Notes: generated by a model from the sequence alone, not told the origin. A DNA stretch of 64,000 bases from Candidatus Omnitrophota bacterium (GCA_029560465.1 JAKQKX010000045.1:280260-344259), one strand, 5' to 3'. Shown: positions 39,097-49,337, counted from the first letter of the stretch. Numbers and translations are program-made.

Positions 39097-39456
39097 AAAT
39101 ATTCTCCACGAAAGGACTTCCACACGAGGGCATAAAAAAATGCCCCTAAGTCATCCTTACCAATCTTCATCAAAGATTGACAACAATAACCTAAGGGCGT
39201 TCTTTATCTTTCTTTCCCTTTCAGGCCCACAAGGCCATCTTGCGAGCTTTCCCCTAAAAACGGGGCATCGGGAATTTCATCCTCATTTTTAAAACTTACA
39301 ATAATGCAAAATACACCAAAACAGACGCTTTAGCAATAACTATTTTATCTGCCGCCATCCCCGGGGAGATATGCTTTTCCCCCGGACCGCACCGGCTGCC
39401 CATTTCAAAATCCCGGACATAACATCCTTAAAACACCGTTTGGCCAATTCATCCCG

Positions 39457-39999
39457 TCAATCTGGATCTTCCAAGGGCGGTGGAGGCATCCTCTTTTCTC
39501 CCTTCTCCTTCCACATCTTTCGCATCTGCCCCATCTTCTCATGAAACATCATAAACTGTTCCGTGGTTAATATCTCTCTGATCTTAAGTATCCCGGAAAA
39601 CATCAAGTCCTCTCGTTTTAAAATCAATTCTTTTAACTGCCCGTGAAGCTGTTTCACTTTATCCCAATCAAGCTGCGGTTGTTGCAATTCCGCGCCGATG
39701 GCCCTCCTTTTTTGAGAAATCTGTTCCATCAACGCTTTAACCTCCTCGGCATTCTGCTGGCGGTGCGCTTCGATCTTTTCCCTCTGCTCATCCGTAAGGT
39801 TCAACTCTTTAGCCATCTCTTCAAAATGCTGTTCTCTGCGTTTGGCGAATTCTTCATTGTTTCCAAGAGGTCCTCCCTGAAACCCCTTCTCGCGAAATCG
39901 TCCATCAAGCCCGGCCCTAGGCTGGGCCGACACGCCCGGGGCAAGGCAAAGCCCACCCCACAAAACAACGACTGTCACCACAAAAAATTTTCTGTTCAT
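39457..39999 (-). CDS. periplasmic Spy/CpxP-family (LTxxQ-motif) protein
   Basis: Signal peptide MNRKFFVVTVVVLWGGLCLAPGVSAQ, then coiled coils with LNLTDEQREKI and ILTTEQFMMF LTxxQ motifs and a Pro-rich tail. Confidence 0.7.
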   Translation of the reverse strand: MNRKFFVVTVVVLWGGLCLAPGVSAQPRAGLDGRFREKGFQGGPLGNNEEFAKRREQHFEEMAKELNLTDEQREKIEAHRQQNAEEVKALMEQISQKRRAIGAELQQPQLDWDKVKQLHGQLKELILKREDLMFSGILKIREILTTEQFMMFHEKMGQMRKMWKEKGEKRMPPPPLEDPD

Positions 40000-40021
40000 A
40001 CGCGCCCCTTTTGTTAATTTT

Positions 40022-40516
40022 TTATAAAAACATGGCTTCTATATCCGTCCCGTAACCGCTGTTCCCATTTTGCGTCGCTGTTTCAGAATACTCCAGAAGA
40101 AAAGCGAGATACTCGACTTTTTCCTTATCTTGCGCCTTCAGGACCTTCTGCCGGGAAACATGTTGCCCAACGGCAAAAGTCAAAATCAGCACACAACAAA
40201 TTCCGACCCACGCGGCCGCGGGCCTGACCCCGAGCAGGTTCTTCCAGGAATTCCCCAAGACCTCGACCCAAGACGGGGAGAATCGACGATCTTCCTCCGC
40301 GATCCGTTCCCGGACATTCTGCCACACCGCCTCCGGTGTCTTGGCCGTGGTTAAACCTTTAAACGGCTCAATGGCAGCCTGACGGGCCAATTGCTCAAAC
40401 TCCCGGCAATCCGCGCATTTTAAAAGATGGGCTTTAAATTCATCCAAAATCCGCCCGGACAGGCGGTCATCCAGATAATCCGTGAGAATAAGATCCCGAA
40501 CCTGATTACAATTCAT
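40022..40516 (-). CDS. anti-sigma factor (zf-HC2 zinc-finger, single TM)
   Basis: HLLKCADCREF HxxxCxxC motif, one TM helix (AAWVGICCVLILTFAVG) and a periplasmic tail. Overlaps the sigma gene by 11 nt. Confidence 0.8.
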   Translation of the reverse strand: MNCNQVRDLILTDYLDDRLSGRILDEFKAHLLKCADCREFEQLARQAAIEPFKGLTTAKTPEAVWQNVRERIAEEDRRFSPSWVEVLGNSWKNLLGVRPAAAWVGICCVLILTFAVGQHVSRQKVLKAQDKEKVEYLAFLLEYSETATQNGNSGYGTDIEAMFL

Positions 40517-41066
40517 GGGCAGGCACCTCTTTTCTAAGTGATATCAGTTTTTCCCGGGCCCTCTTCAACCGTGAACGGACGGCATTGATATCGAGGCCCA
40601 ATTCCCGGGCTATTTCTTCATAAGTGAACCCATCGATATTCCTTAACTTGACACACGCCCGCTGTTCCGGGGTCAGGGCATCCAGCAGTTTATTAATATA
40701 AAATTCCCGCTGTTCCTGATCCACCCGCCTATAAGCTTCCGGCCGCGCACAAGGGCTCCCCCGCGCGTCATCATATTCTATGACGTTCCCCCGGTATTTT
40801 GATTCCTTTTTTAAATAATTAATGGTCATATTGACGGTGACCCTGTAAATCCAGGTTTTAAACCCTGATTCAAATTTAAAACCGCCGAGCTTATGATAAA
40901 CCGTGACAAAAACATCCTGGGTTATTTCCTGCGCGTCCTCATGATTGCGCGCGGCTCTCAATGCGATATTAAAAACATAATCTGCGTATGTCCTAAAAAC
41001 CGCCTCAAACGCGTCAACGTCTCCTTCGGAAGCCTTCCGAATGACGTCCTGTGATATCTCTGGCAT
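40506..41066 (-). CDS. ECF (extracytoplasmic function) sigma-70 family sigma factor
   Basis: 186 aa with a sigma2 region (YADYVFNIALRAARNHEDAQEITQDVFVTVYHKL) and a sigma4 HTH (GFTYEEIARELGLDINAVRSRLKRAR). Confidence 0.9.
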   Translation of the reverse strand: MPEISQDVIRKASEGDVDAFEAVFRTYADYVFNIALRAARNHEDAQEITQDVFVTVYHKLGGFKFESGFKTWIYRVTVNMTINYLKKESKYRGNVIEYDDARGSPCARPEAYRRVDQEQREFYINKLLDALTPEQRACVKLRNIDGFTYEEIARELGLDINAVRSRLKRAREKLISLRKEVPAHEL

Positions 41067-41090
41067 CAGGCAACCTGTCCCTTCACTCAG

Positions 41091-41120
41091 TTAGACAAAA
41101 AAAACAGCGGAAAAGTTACG
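41091..41120 (-). promoter_or_regulatory. ECF/sigma-E-type promoter (autoregulatory) upstream of sigma/anti-sigma/CpxP-like operon
   Basis: Minus-strand GTAACTTTTC-N13-GTCTAACTG. The same motif and spacing recur at 45390-45419. Resembles the sigma-E consensus GGAACTT-N16-TCTAA. Lies about 25 nt upstream of the sigma ATG. Confidence 0.55.
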
Positions 41121-41133
41121 GGGGCTTTGAAAT

Positions 41134-43092
41134 CTACTCATAACGCAAAGCTTCCACCGGCTTCAGGCCAGCCGCCTTTTGAGCCGGCCATAACCCAAAG
41201 ACAATTCCGACAACAATCGAAAAGGACGTGGCCAGAACAATCGGGAACGCGGAAAGCTGCGTCGCCCAGCCCGCCAGGGACGACAACAGCAAGGCGGCCC
41301 CCGCGCCCACGGCAATCCCCATGAGCCCCCCCGTAAACGTCATAACCATGGACTCTATCAGGAACTGCATCATGATATCAACCTTGCGCGCGCCAACGGC
41401 CTTGCGCAAACCGATTTCGCGCGTTCGTTCCGTGACAGACACCAGCATAATGTTCATGATCCCAATCCCGCCCACGACCAGGGAAATCGCCGCGATGCAC
41501 CCTAGCAGCAAGCTCATTGTTTTCGTCGTGCTACTGAGCATGTCCTGGATTTCACTCATGTCCCGGATGTAAAAAGAGTCTTCCCCCTGATACAGCTTAT
41601 GGCGTTTCTTAATCAGCGCTTCTATTTTCTCCTTCGCTTCCTCGATCAACCCGGTGTCCGCCACTTCCACATAAATATTATCGAGATAATCCTTTCCCAG
41701 CACCCGAAACATCGCTGTTGTCGCCGGGATATAGACAACATCATCCTGGTCATTCGGGCCGGCAAATCCCTTGGAAGGCGCGACCCCGACAATCCGGAAA
41801 TTCAGACGGTTAATCTTGACAATCTTCCCCATCGGATTGACGCCCTTAAACAACTTCTCCACCACCGTCATTCCAATGATCGCGACTTTCTCCCGGGACT
41901 GAAATTCCTGCTCTAAAAACCATCGCCCGTTTTCAGGGATCACGGCCCTCATCTGGCCATACTCATATCCGACCCCCTGCACCCGGGTATTGCAATTTTC
42001 ATCCCTGTAAACAACTTGCGCGCTACCACTAACAACGCCGCTGGCCCTTTTGACATGCGATGTCAACGCGAGCATCGCTTTAACATCATCGGGTGAAAAC
42101 CGGGTCACGGCTCCAGACGCGCTGGACGCGCCGTGCCTCCGGCTCGCCCCCCCGTGGATCGAAAGCAGATTGGAACCCATAGATTTAAGTTGTTCCTCCA
42201 TAGACGATTGCGCTCCCGCGCCCAAGGCCAGCATCGCAATCACAGCCGCCACCCCCACCAGGATTCCCAGCATGGAAAGCAAAGAACGAATTTTATTGGA
42301 AAAAATCGCATTGGCGGCCTGTCGAAAGTGCCCGATCCATTCTTCTTTTTTCCAAAAAGAGCGCACGGGACGGCCCACGGAGGTGGCCGCCCCGCCAACC
42401 GAAATCTCCGAAAGGCAAGACGCCTTGCTCTGATCGGAAATAATACGGCCATCCCGCATCGTGATGACCCTCCCTGCGTACTCGGCGATTTCAAGTTCAT
42501 GGGTGACCATAATAATGGTTTTCCCTTGGTCATTCAAAGACTTCAAAATCCGCATAATCTCCCGCTCACTCGTTGAATCCAAGTTCCCGGTTGGCTCGTC
42601 AGCAAAAATGATCATCGGGTTCCGCACCAAAGCGCGGGCGATCGCGACACGCTGCTGCTGGCCGCCGGACAGTTCACTGGGCCAATGCCGGGCCCGGTCT
42701 TGCAGGCCCACCGCCCCCAGGCACCGCAGGGCCTGCCCGGCCATATCCCCCTGGTCCCCGCCATAAATACAGGGCAGGCTGACATTATTCTGCGCACTCA
42801 TTCGACGCAAGAGATGAAACTGCTGAAACACAAAACCGGCGAACTGATTTCTTATATTCGCCAAATCATCGTCCGATAAATTCTTAACCCCTTGCCCATT
42901 CAAAAAATACTCCCCTTCGTCCGGCTGATCCAAAAATCCGAGGATGTGCAACAACGTGGACTTCCCGGATCCGGACGGCCCCATAATAGCGATAAACTCC
43001 CCAGCTTTAATTTCCAAAGAAACACCGCGCAGGGCATGAACCGCGATATCACCGACCCTGTAAGTCTTGGAAACATTCCGTAACGCGATCAT
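41134..43092 (-). CDS. macB: MacB-type ABC transporter (fused ATPase + FtsX permease)
   Basis: N-terminal ABC domain ([36 protein letters not shown]), then a large periplasmic domain and 4 TM FtsX-like helices. Confidence 0.9.
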   Translation of the reverse strand: MIALRNVSKTYRVGDIAVHALRGVSLEIKAGEFIAIMGPSGSGKSTLLHILGFLDQPDEGEYFLNGQGVKNLSDDDLANIRNQFAGFVFQQFHLLRRMSAQNNVSLPCIYGGDQGDMAGQALRCLGAVGLQDRARHWPSELSGGQQQRVAIARALVRNPMIIFADEPTGNLDSTSEREIMRILKSLNDQGKTIIMVTHELEIAEYAGRVITMRDGRIISDQSKASCLSEISVGGAATSVGRPVRSFWKKEEWIGHFRQAANAIFSNKIRSLLSMLGILVGVAAVIAMLALGAGAQSSMEEQLKSMGSNLLSIHGGASRRHGASSASGAVTRFSPDDVKAMLALTSHVKRASGVVSGSAQVVYRDENCNTRVQGVGYEYGQMRAVIPENGRWFLEQEFQSREKVAIIGMTVVEKLFKGVNPMGKIVKINRLNFRIVGVAPSKGFAGPNDQDDVVYIPATTAMFRVLGKDYLDNIYVEVADTGLIEEAKEKIEALIKKRHKLYQGEDSFYIRDMSEIQDMLSSTTKTMSLLLGCIAAISLVVGGIGIMNIMLVSVTERTREIGLRKAVGARKVDIMMQFLIESMVMTFTGGLMGIAVGAGAALLLSSLAGWATQLSAFPIVLATSFSIVVGIVFGLWPAQKAAGLKPVEALRYE

Positions 43093-44051
43093 TTCATTTT
43101 TCCTCTTCCCGGGGGGGAAGGCATAAATGGATTCTTCCCGGAGGAGCGGGCTGCGGGAAGGCTAAAAGTCTGGTCCGGCAAAATAATCGTGTCCTGCGGG
43201 GAAAGGCCGGACACGATTTCAACATGATGGTCATCCCTGATCCCGGTCTGGACAGGCGCGAGGACAGGGGTTCCTGACGCAGGGTCCTTAAGAAGGACAA
43301 ACGCGCGGTCCTCTTTGTCCTGCACCGCATCTAAAGGCAACAGTAACACGCCCGTCTTTTCCTGAACAATAATTTCGACATTGGCGCTCATGCCGGAACG
43401 AAAGACTTCCGGCACGAACTCCGGCACAATATCGACCGCGTAAATCGTAACGTTATTAACCAGGGTGGACTCGTAAGATATATGATTGACCTGCGCGTTC
43501 ACTTTAATGTCCGGATACGCGTCTAACCCGATAACCGCCTTTTGTCCCACCTTCACGCGCCCGATATCAGTTTCATCGACATCCGCGCTGACAATCAAAC
43601 GGTCAGAAAGCACTAAGACCGGATCGCTCGTGGTGACCGTTTGTCCCGGTTCCACCGCCCGTACAATCACGTCCCCATTAATAGGCGCGATCAGCGAAGT
43701 CGCCTTATAGACATCCTGCCAATACTTCAACTCTTCCTCCCCTTTGATCATGGCCATATCCAGCAAAGCGGCCCGGTCCGTTGAGCTCATTAAAGCCAAA
43801 ATGTCTCCGCTCCGGACCCCTTGCCCCTCCCGGACACGGATTTCTTCGATACGGCCCGCAATCGGCGGTTTAATTTCCAGCCGGTTCTGGGGCTCAACCG
43901 TGCCCGTCGTGGAAACCACAACCCGGATATCTCCTGTCAAAGGACGTGTTTCCTGCACTTTATCCGCAGAGCCCTTTTCCCTCGTGGCATTCAAGGTCCC
44001 CGCCACCCCGGCCGCTATCGCGATCACCAGTAAAAATATCTTTTTATTCAT
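43089..44051 (-). CDS. macA: efflux periplasmic adaptor (HlyD/MacA family)
   Basis: Signal anchor, coiled-coil/lipoyl/beta-barrel architecture. Overlaps macB and tolC by 4 and 8 nt. Confidence 0.85.
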   Translation of the reverse strand: MNKKIFLLVIAIAAGVAGTLNATREKGSADKVQETRPLTGDIRVVVSTTGTVEPQNRLEIKPPIAGRIEEIRVREGQGVRSGDILALMSSTDRAALLDMAMIKGEEELKYWQDVYKATSLIAPINGDVIVRAVEPGQTVTTSDPVLVLSDRLIVSADVDETDIGRVKVGQKAVIGLDAYPDIKVNAQVNHISYESTLVNNVTIYAVDIVPEFVPEVFRSGMSANVEIIVQEKTGVLLLPLDAVQDKEDRAFVLLKDPASGTPVLAPVQTGIRDDHHVEIVSGLSPQDTIILPDQTFSLPAARSSGKNPFMPSPPGRGKMK

Positions 44052-45312
44052 TTTCTAACGTGCCTCCTTTGGCCTGCGCCCAAGTAGCCTGCGCGATCAA
44101 AACATTCGCGTGTGCATTCAAACAGGATTTTCTGGAATTCACCAGATTATCCTCAATAATAATCCAATCATCAAACGCAATGAGCCCGGCCGCATACTGG
44201 GCGTTCGCGATTTTGGCCCGCTCCTCATCCGCTTCCAAGAATTTTTCGCGCACAGCAACCGCGCCGACAGCATCCTGCCATCCAATCCAAGATTCTTCCA
44301 AAGTTAAAATAACAGTATCACGACCGCTCCGCTCCTCGGCCTCGGCCTGTTTAACCAAGGATGCCGACCGGCTGACACTCGCCGCGCGGCTGCCTCCCTC
44401 AAATAACGGCAACGAGACGCTCACGCCCCCGGCCCAGTTGTTTTCCTCAGGAGGCCAGTCCGCGGCAGACCGGCCCATGGAAACATTCAGGTAAACTTTT
44501 GGAAAAAAATCTGCCCGCGCGGACTTCAGCTGGTGCCGGGCCGCATCCTTCTGCGCGGCCAATTCCAAAAGAAACGGCGTGGTGTCGGCCATAGTCTGAA
44601 AGTCAGGGGTTCCGCTAGCTGGCATCGTTAAAGAAAAATCACCCCTCACCTGAAGCGGAGCGCTGCGTTCCCACGCCAGCACTTTAGCCAATTTCACTTG
44701 GGAATAGGACAAATTCCGAACCGCCTGCTCGAATTCAAATTCGGCGTTAGCCAGGTCAGCCTCCGCTGTCAATAAAGACCCCCTATGCTCACGCCCAGCA
44801 TCATACCGTAACCGTACCAATTGAAGGTTTTGTTTTCTTCTCATTACAATCGCTTCCATGAGCGGAACCATGTCCTGGGCCCGAAGCAACTCCGTGAACG
44901 CGCTCATAAGACTCAACCGCAGGTTCGATGAAACCACCATATAATTGTATTGGGCAGCCTGGTATTTGCTTTCAGCCGCATTCAACGCATGGGAAGTCAT
45001 AAATCCGTCAAACAACAGCTGTTTACCGCTCACTGAATATGAATATTTTTCCACCCTGTCCTGACTCGCGGACTTGGACGTCTGCCCGCTCAATTCAGAC
45101 GTTATCTGCGGAAGCGAGGAACTGCGGCTTATCCGCTTATCCGCGTCAAGCTGCCGGACGGATTCAGCCGCGCTGATTAAATCCGGGTTATTCTTTAAAA
45201 CCTCCTGCACACAGTCCTGCCATGTCAAAGCTGTTCCTTCTTGTGCTTGAGCCACAAACGGATAACACAGCAAGCAGGACAAAACACCTCCAAGAATGAT
45301 ATTCTTTTTCAT
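44044..45312 (-). CDS. tolC: TolC-family outer-membrane efflux protein
   Basis: ATG at 45312 gives signal peptide MKKNIILGGVLSCLLCYPFVAQAQ. Two-repeat OEP architecture. Confidence 0.85.
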   Translation of the reverse strand: MKKNIILGGVLSCLLCYPFVAQAQEGTALTWQDCVQEVLKNNPDLISAAESVRQLDADKRISRSSSLPQITSELSGQTSKSASQDRVEKYSYSVSGKQLLFDGFMTSHALNAAESKYQAAQYNYMVVSSNLRLSLMSAFTELLRAQDMVPLMEAIVMRRKQNLQLVRLRYDAGREHRGSLLTAEADLANAEFEFEQAVRNLSYSQVKLAKVLAWERSAPLQVRGDFSLTMPASGTPDFQTMADTTPFLLELAAQKDAARHQLKSARADFFPKVYLNVSMGRSAADWPPEENNWAGGVSVSLPLFEGGSRAASVSRSASLVKQAEAEERSGRDTVILTLEESWIGWQDAVGAVAVREKFLEADEERAKIANAQYAAGLIAFDDWIIIEDNLVNSRKSCLNAHANVLIAQATWAQAKGGTLENE

Positions 45313-45389
45313 TGACACTTTCCCGGCCTCATGGAGCTGGCCCGTGGATGAAAAATCCCGGCCCATACCCAATTTGTCTCTTTAAACAG

Positions 45390-45419
45390 TTAGACAACAA
45401 AAACGGCTGAAAAGTTACG
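45390..45419 (-). promoter_or_regulatory. second copy of the ECF/sigma-E-type promoter motif, upstream of tolC-macA-macB
   Basis: Minus-strand GTAACTTTTC-N13-GTCTAACTG, with the same motif and spacing as 41091-41120, about 75 nt upstream of the tolC ATG. Confidence 0.55.
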
Positions 45420-45489
45420 CGGATTGGAAATTTAAATACATCGTGGTTTTTTAATGATCTTACTAAACGGCAACGTTGAGTTTCCCCGG

Positions 45490-48400
45490 TTAACCCTGAA
45501 TCCGCTTGTGATAATCCTGAAGAGACAACGGAGCCAGCTTGGAACGCTTCATCGCCTCAATCCCGTCTACGGTCGCCTGGGCCGCCGCAATGGACGTCAC
45601 ATAAGGAACTTTCCTCTGGATCGCCATCATACGAATATAACTATCATCCTGTTTGCTGGCCTTCCCGATAGGGGTATTAATAATTAAATGCAATTCTCTG
45701 TTCTTGATCGCATCGGCAATGTTGGGCCGGCCTTCATCCAGCTTCTTAACCTCTTGATTCGCTATACCGTGCTTGATAAGGAACCGGCTGGTCCCCTGGG
45801 TGGCATAAATTATGAATCCCAGCGCGGAAATTTTTTGAGCAATCGGCAACAGTTGATCCCGGTCTTTCTCGGCCACGGTCAGAAGGACATTTCCTTCCAA
45901 AGGCAACTTGAACCCAGCGGATTCCTGGGCTTTATAAAAAGCCAGGCCAAAGTTGTCGGCCAACCCCATGACTTCGCCTGTTGCTTTCATTTCCGGGCCC
46001 AACACGGGGTCCACTTCAGGGAACATGTTAAACGGAAAAACCGCTTCCTTCACCCCCACATAAGGGATCTTTTTATCTTTCAGCTCGGGGAAATCCTTAA
46101 TTTTCTTCCCCAGCATAATCTGCGTCGCGATCCTGGATAAAGAGATGCCGGTTATTTTGGAAACAAGCGGCACGGTTCTCGAGGCCCGCGGGTTGGCTTC
46201 AAGAATATAGACTTTATCCCCGCAGATGGCGTATTGGATGTTCATTAATCCGACAACCTTCAGGGCTTTGGAGATCACGGCCGTATACTCCCGGATTGTC
46301 CGCAAGTGCGCCGGGCTGATCGTCCGGCTGGGGATGGAGCACGCGGAATCGCCGGAATGCACGCCCGCCAGCTCAATATGCTCCATCACCGAAGCGACAA
46401 ACGTGTCCTGCCCGTCGGAAAGGGCGTCCACCTCGGTCTCAACCGCTTTTTCCAGGAAACGGTCAATCAACATGGGGTGCTCCGGGCTCACATCAATCGC
46501 TTCCTGCGCGTAGCGCAACAGCGACTCCTCCTCGTAAATGATTTCCATTCCCCTCCCCCCGAGCACATAGGACGGCCTCACCATCAAAGGATACCCAACC
46601 TGGCGGGCTATCCGGACCGCTTCGGCCAAGGACCGGGCGGTCCCGCCTTCAGGCTGCGGGATGCCCAACGCCATCATCTTTTCACGGAAACGTTCGCGGT
46701 CTTCTGAAAAATGGATATGCTCCGGAGAGGTCCCCAAAATCGTGACCCCGTTGTCTTTTAGTTCCTGCGCCAAATTCAGCGGCGTTTGGCCGCCGAACTG
46801 GACAATAACGCCATCCGGCTTTTCTTTAGCATAAATATTCAAAACATCTTCGACGGTGAGGGGCTCAAAATACAATTTATCGGAGATGTCATAATCCGTT
46901 GACACCGTCTCGGGGTTGCAGTTAACCATGATCGATTCATACCCCTCATCCCGCAAGGCGAACGCGGCGTGAACGCAGGTATAATCAAACTCGATACCCT
47001 GGCCAATCCGGTTCGGGCCTCCGCCCAGGATCATGACCTTCCTCTTAGCATGAGAAACCGGGACCTCATCCGCGACCTCCCGATACGTTGAATAATAATA
47101 CACCGCGTTCTCAACCCCGCTCACCGGGACAGCTTGATAAACGGCTCTTTTCCCGATAGCCAGCCGCTTCTCTCTCACGGTTTTTTCCTGGACGCCGAAA
47201 AGGCCCGCCAGATAACGGTCGGCGAACCCCCACTCTTTAGCCTTTTTAAGCTTCTCATCAGGCAGATCCTTCCAGTCATAACGCAGCAAATCTTCTTCAC
47301 ACGCGACCAGTTCCTTCATCTGCCCGATAAACCACTTCCCGATGCACGTCAAGCCGTACAATTCGTCCACGCCCAAACCCTGCCGCAGGGCTTCGTACAT
47401 CAGAAAAACCCTTTCACTGGAAGGCACCGCAAGTCTCTGCTTTAACTCCGGCAAAGAAAGCGTTTTAAAATTCTTTACTCCGCCGAGGCCGTAACGCTTG
47501 ATTTCAAGAGAACGGATCGCCTTCTGAAAAGATTCCTTAAAATCCTTCGCGATGCTCATCACTTCCCCTACCGCCTTCATTTGGGTTCCGAGGATGTCTT
47601 TTGCCTGAGGGAACTTTTCGAAAGTCCAGCGGGCGAACTTGATCACCACATAATCCCCGCCCGGCTGATATTTATCCAAAGTCCCTTCTTTCCAGTAAGG
47701 AATCTCGTCCAGCGTTATCCCCACTGCCAGTTTCGTGGAAATCCTGGCAATCGGAAACCCTGTCGCCTTAGACGCGAGCGCGGAAGACCGCGATGTGCGC
47801 GGGTTAATCTCGATGACAACCAACCGGTCATCTTGGACATTATGGGCGAATTGAATATTGGTCCCGCCAATTACGCCGATGGCGTCCACGATTTTATAAG
47901 ACAAATCCTGCATCCGTGTCTGTAACGCCGCGGGAACCGTTAACATCGGCGCTGCGCAAAAACTGTCTCCTGTGTGCACCCCCATCGCGTCAATATTTTC
48001 AATAAAACACACCGTGATTTTCCGGTTGTTTTCATCCCGGACGACCTCAAGCTCAAGTTCTTCCCACCCATAAACAGACTCTTCAATAAGGACCTGGTGG
48101 ACAAGACTCGCGGCCAGACCCCGGGCTACGATGACCCTCAATTCTTCGACATTATAGACCAGCCCGCCACCCGTCCCCCCCAACGTATACGCAGGACGCA
48201 CCACGACCGGGTAGCCTAGCTTTTCGGCGACCGTCTCCGCCTCTTCCACCGAAAGAGCCGGCTCTGATAACGGCATCGGAATCCCGAGTTTATTCATCGT
48301 TTCTTTAAAAGCGATGCGGTCTTCCCCCCGTTCAATGGCTTCCGCTTTGACCCCGATCATTTCTACGCCATATTTTTCCAATATCCCCGCCCTGTACAGC

Positions 48401-48705
48401 GAAGAAGACAAATTAAGTCCGGTCTGTCCACCGAGATTAGGCAAAATCCCATCCGGCCTCTCTTTTTCAATGATCGCGGCAATGCTCTCCAGAGTCAGGG
48501 GTTCAATGTATGTTTTGTCGGCCATCCCCGGATCCGTCATGATCGTCGCGGGGTTGGAATTGACCAGCACGACTTCAAAGCCCTCCCCTTTCAAGGCTTT
48601 GCAGGCCTGGGTCCCGGAATAATCAAACTCGCACGCCTGACCGATGATGATCGGCCCGGATCCGATGATAAGAATCTTTTTAATGTCCTGTCGTTTAGGC
48701 ATCAT
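45490..48705 (-). CDS. carB: carbamoyl-phosphate synthase large subunit
   Basis: 1071 aa with two ATP-grasp halves plus an MGS-like C-terminal domain. The sequence is highly conserved throughout. No adjacent carA. Confidence 0.95.
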   Translation of the reverse strand: MMPKRQDIKKILIIGSGPIIIGQACEFDYSGTQACKALKGEGFEVVLVNSNPATIMTDPGMADKTYIEPLTLESIAAIIEKERPDGILPNLGGQTGLNLSSSLYRAGILEKYGVEMIGVKAEAIERGEDRIAFKETMNKLGIPMPLSEPALSVEEAETVAEKLGYPVVVRPAYTLGGTGGGLVYNVEELRVIVARGLAASLVHQVLIEESVYGWEELELEVVRDENNRKITVCFIENIDAMGVHTGDSFCAAPMLTVPAALQTRMQDLSYKIVDAIGVIGGTNIQFAHNVQDDRLVVIEINPRTSRSSALASKATGFPIARISTKLAVGITLDEIPYWKEGTLDKYQPGGDYVVIKFARWTFEKFPQAKDILGTQMKAVGEVMSIAKDFKESFQKAIRSLEIKRYGLGGVKNFKTLSLPELKQRLAVPSSERVFLMYEALRQGLGVDELYGLTCIGKWFIGQMKELVACEEDLLRYDWKDLPDEKLKKAKEWGFADRYLAGLFGVQEKTVREKRLAIGKRAVYQAVPVSGVENAVYYYSTYREVADEVPVSHAKRKVMILGGGPNRIGQGIEFDYTCVHAAFALRDEGYESIMVNCNPETVSTDYDISDKLYFEPLTVEDVLNIYAKEKPDGVIVQFGGQTPLNLAQELKDNGVTILGTSPEHIHFSEDRERFREKMMALGIPQPEGGTARSLAEAVRIARQVGYPLMVRPSYVLGGRGMEIIYEEESLLRYAQEAIDVSPEHPMLIDRFLEKAVETEVDALSDGQDTFVASVMEHIELAGVHSGDSACSIPSRTISPAHLRTIREYTAVISKALKVVGLMNIQYAICGDKVYILEANPRASRTVPLVSKITGISLSRIATQIMLGKKIKDFPELKDKKIPYVGVKEAVFPFNMFPEVDPVLGPEMKATGEVMGLADNFGLAFYKAQESAGFKLPLEGNVLLTVAEKDRDQLLPIAQKISALGFIIYATQGTSRFLIKHGIANQEVKKLDEGRPNIADAIKNRELHLIINTPIGKASKQDDSYIRMMAIQRKVPYVTSIAAAQATVDGIEAMKRSKLAPLSLQDYHKRIQG

Positions 48706-48797
48706 TTCCCCTCTTTCTCGGAAATCTGGTCTTTTACGCCGCGGCCCCGGTGCCCCTCCGCGAAATTTCTAAAGTATCCTGAAAACCCGCCCCGCGT

Positions 48798-49337
48798 TTA
48801 CCGTAAATCAGCCGTGTTCCCCCATTGGTTCCAGAACACGTGAGAACGGTCAAATTTATCCCGGGGTTTCTCCTCCCCGGATGGGACTCCGATAGCGATG
48901 ACGCATAAAGGCGCGGCATGTTCCGGAAGCCCCAGGATATTTTTAACATGCGCGACCCGGTCCGGCCTAGGGTGCGCCGCAGTCCAGCACGCCCCCAACC
49001 CCATCGCCTGGGCCGCCAGCAGAATGTTTTCCGCGGCCGCGGAACAGTCCTGCAACCAGTAATCCGTTTCCGCCCCCCCATGGGCCACGGATAAATCGCT
49101 CACAACGACAATGGCGTGCTTGGCCGTTAAAAGCATTTTCGCGTAAGGAAGCCCGGCGGTAAGCTTTTCGATCGTCTGCCCGTTATCGACGACCACAAAA
49201 TTAAAATGCCGCGTGTCCCGGGAACTGGGTGCGGCCATGCCGGCCTGAACCAGTTTCCAAAGCTGCTCCCGGCTAACAGTTTCCCCGGTATATTTCCGTA
49301 TACTTCTGCGCTCCAAGATGATTTTTAACATATCCAT
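48798..49337 (-). CDS. nitroreductase-family flavoprotein
   Basis: MDMLKIILERRSIRKY... FMN-binding nitroreductase fold. ATG at 49337 with a GAGGAG SD. Confidence 0.8.
   Translation of the reverse strand: MDMLKIILERRSIRKYTGETVSREQLWKLVQAGMAAPSSRDTRHFNFVVVDNGQTIEKLTAGLPYAKMLLTAKHAIVVVSDLSVAHGGAETDYWLQDCSAAAENILLAAQAMGLGACWTAAHPRPDRVAHVKNILGLPEHAAPLCVIAIGVPSGEEKPRDKFDRSHVFWNQWGNTADLR

Noticed and set aside
45435-45456. Shared 15-16 nt string CGTGGTTTTT(T)AATGA at 45437-45456 and 51279-51295
   Set aside because: Low-complexity T-run. The expected number of chance 15-mer matches in 2 x 64 kb is about 1 to several. No conserved flanks, unlike the ECF promoter pair.
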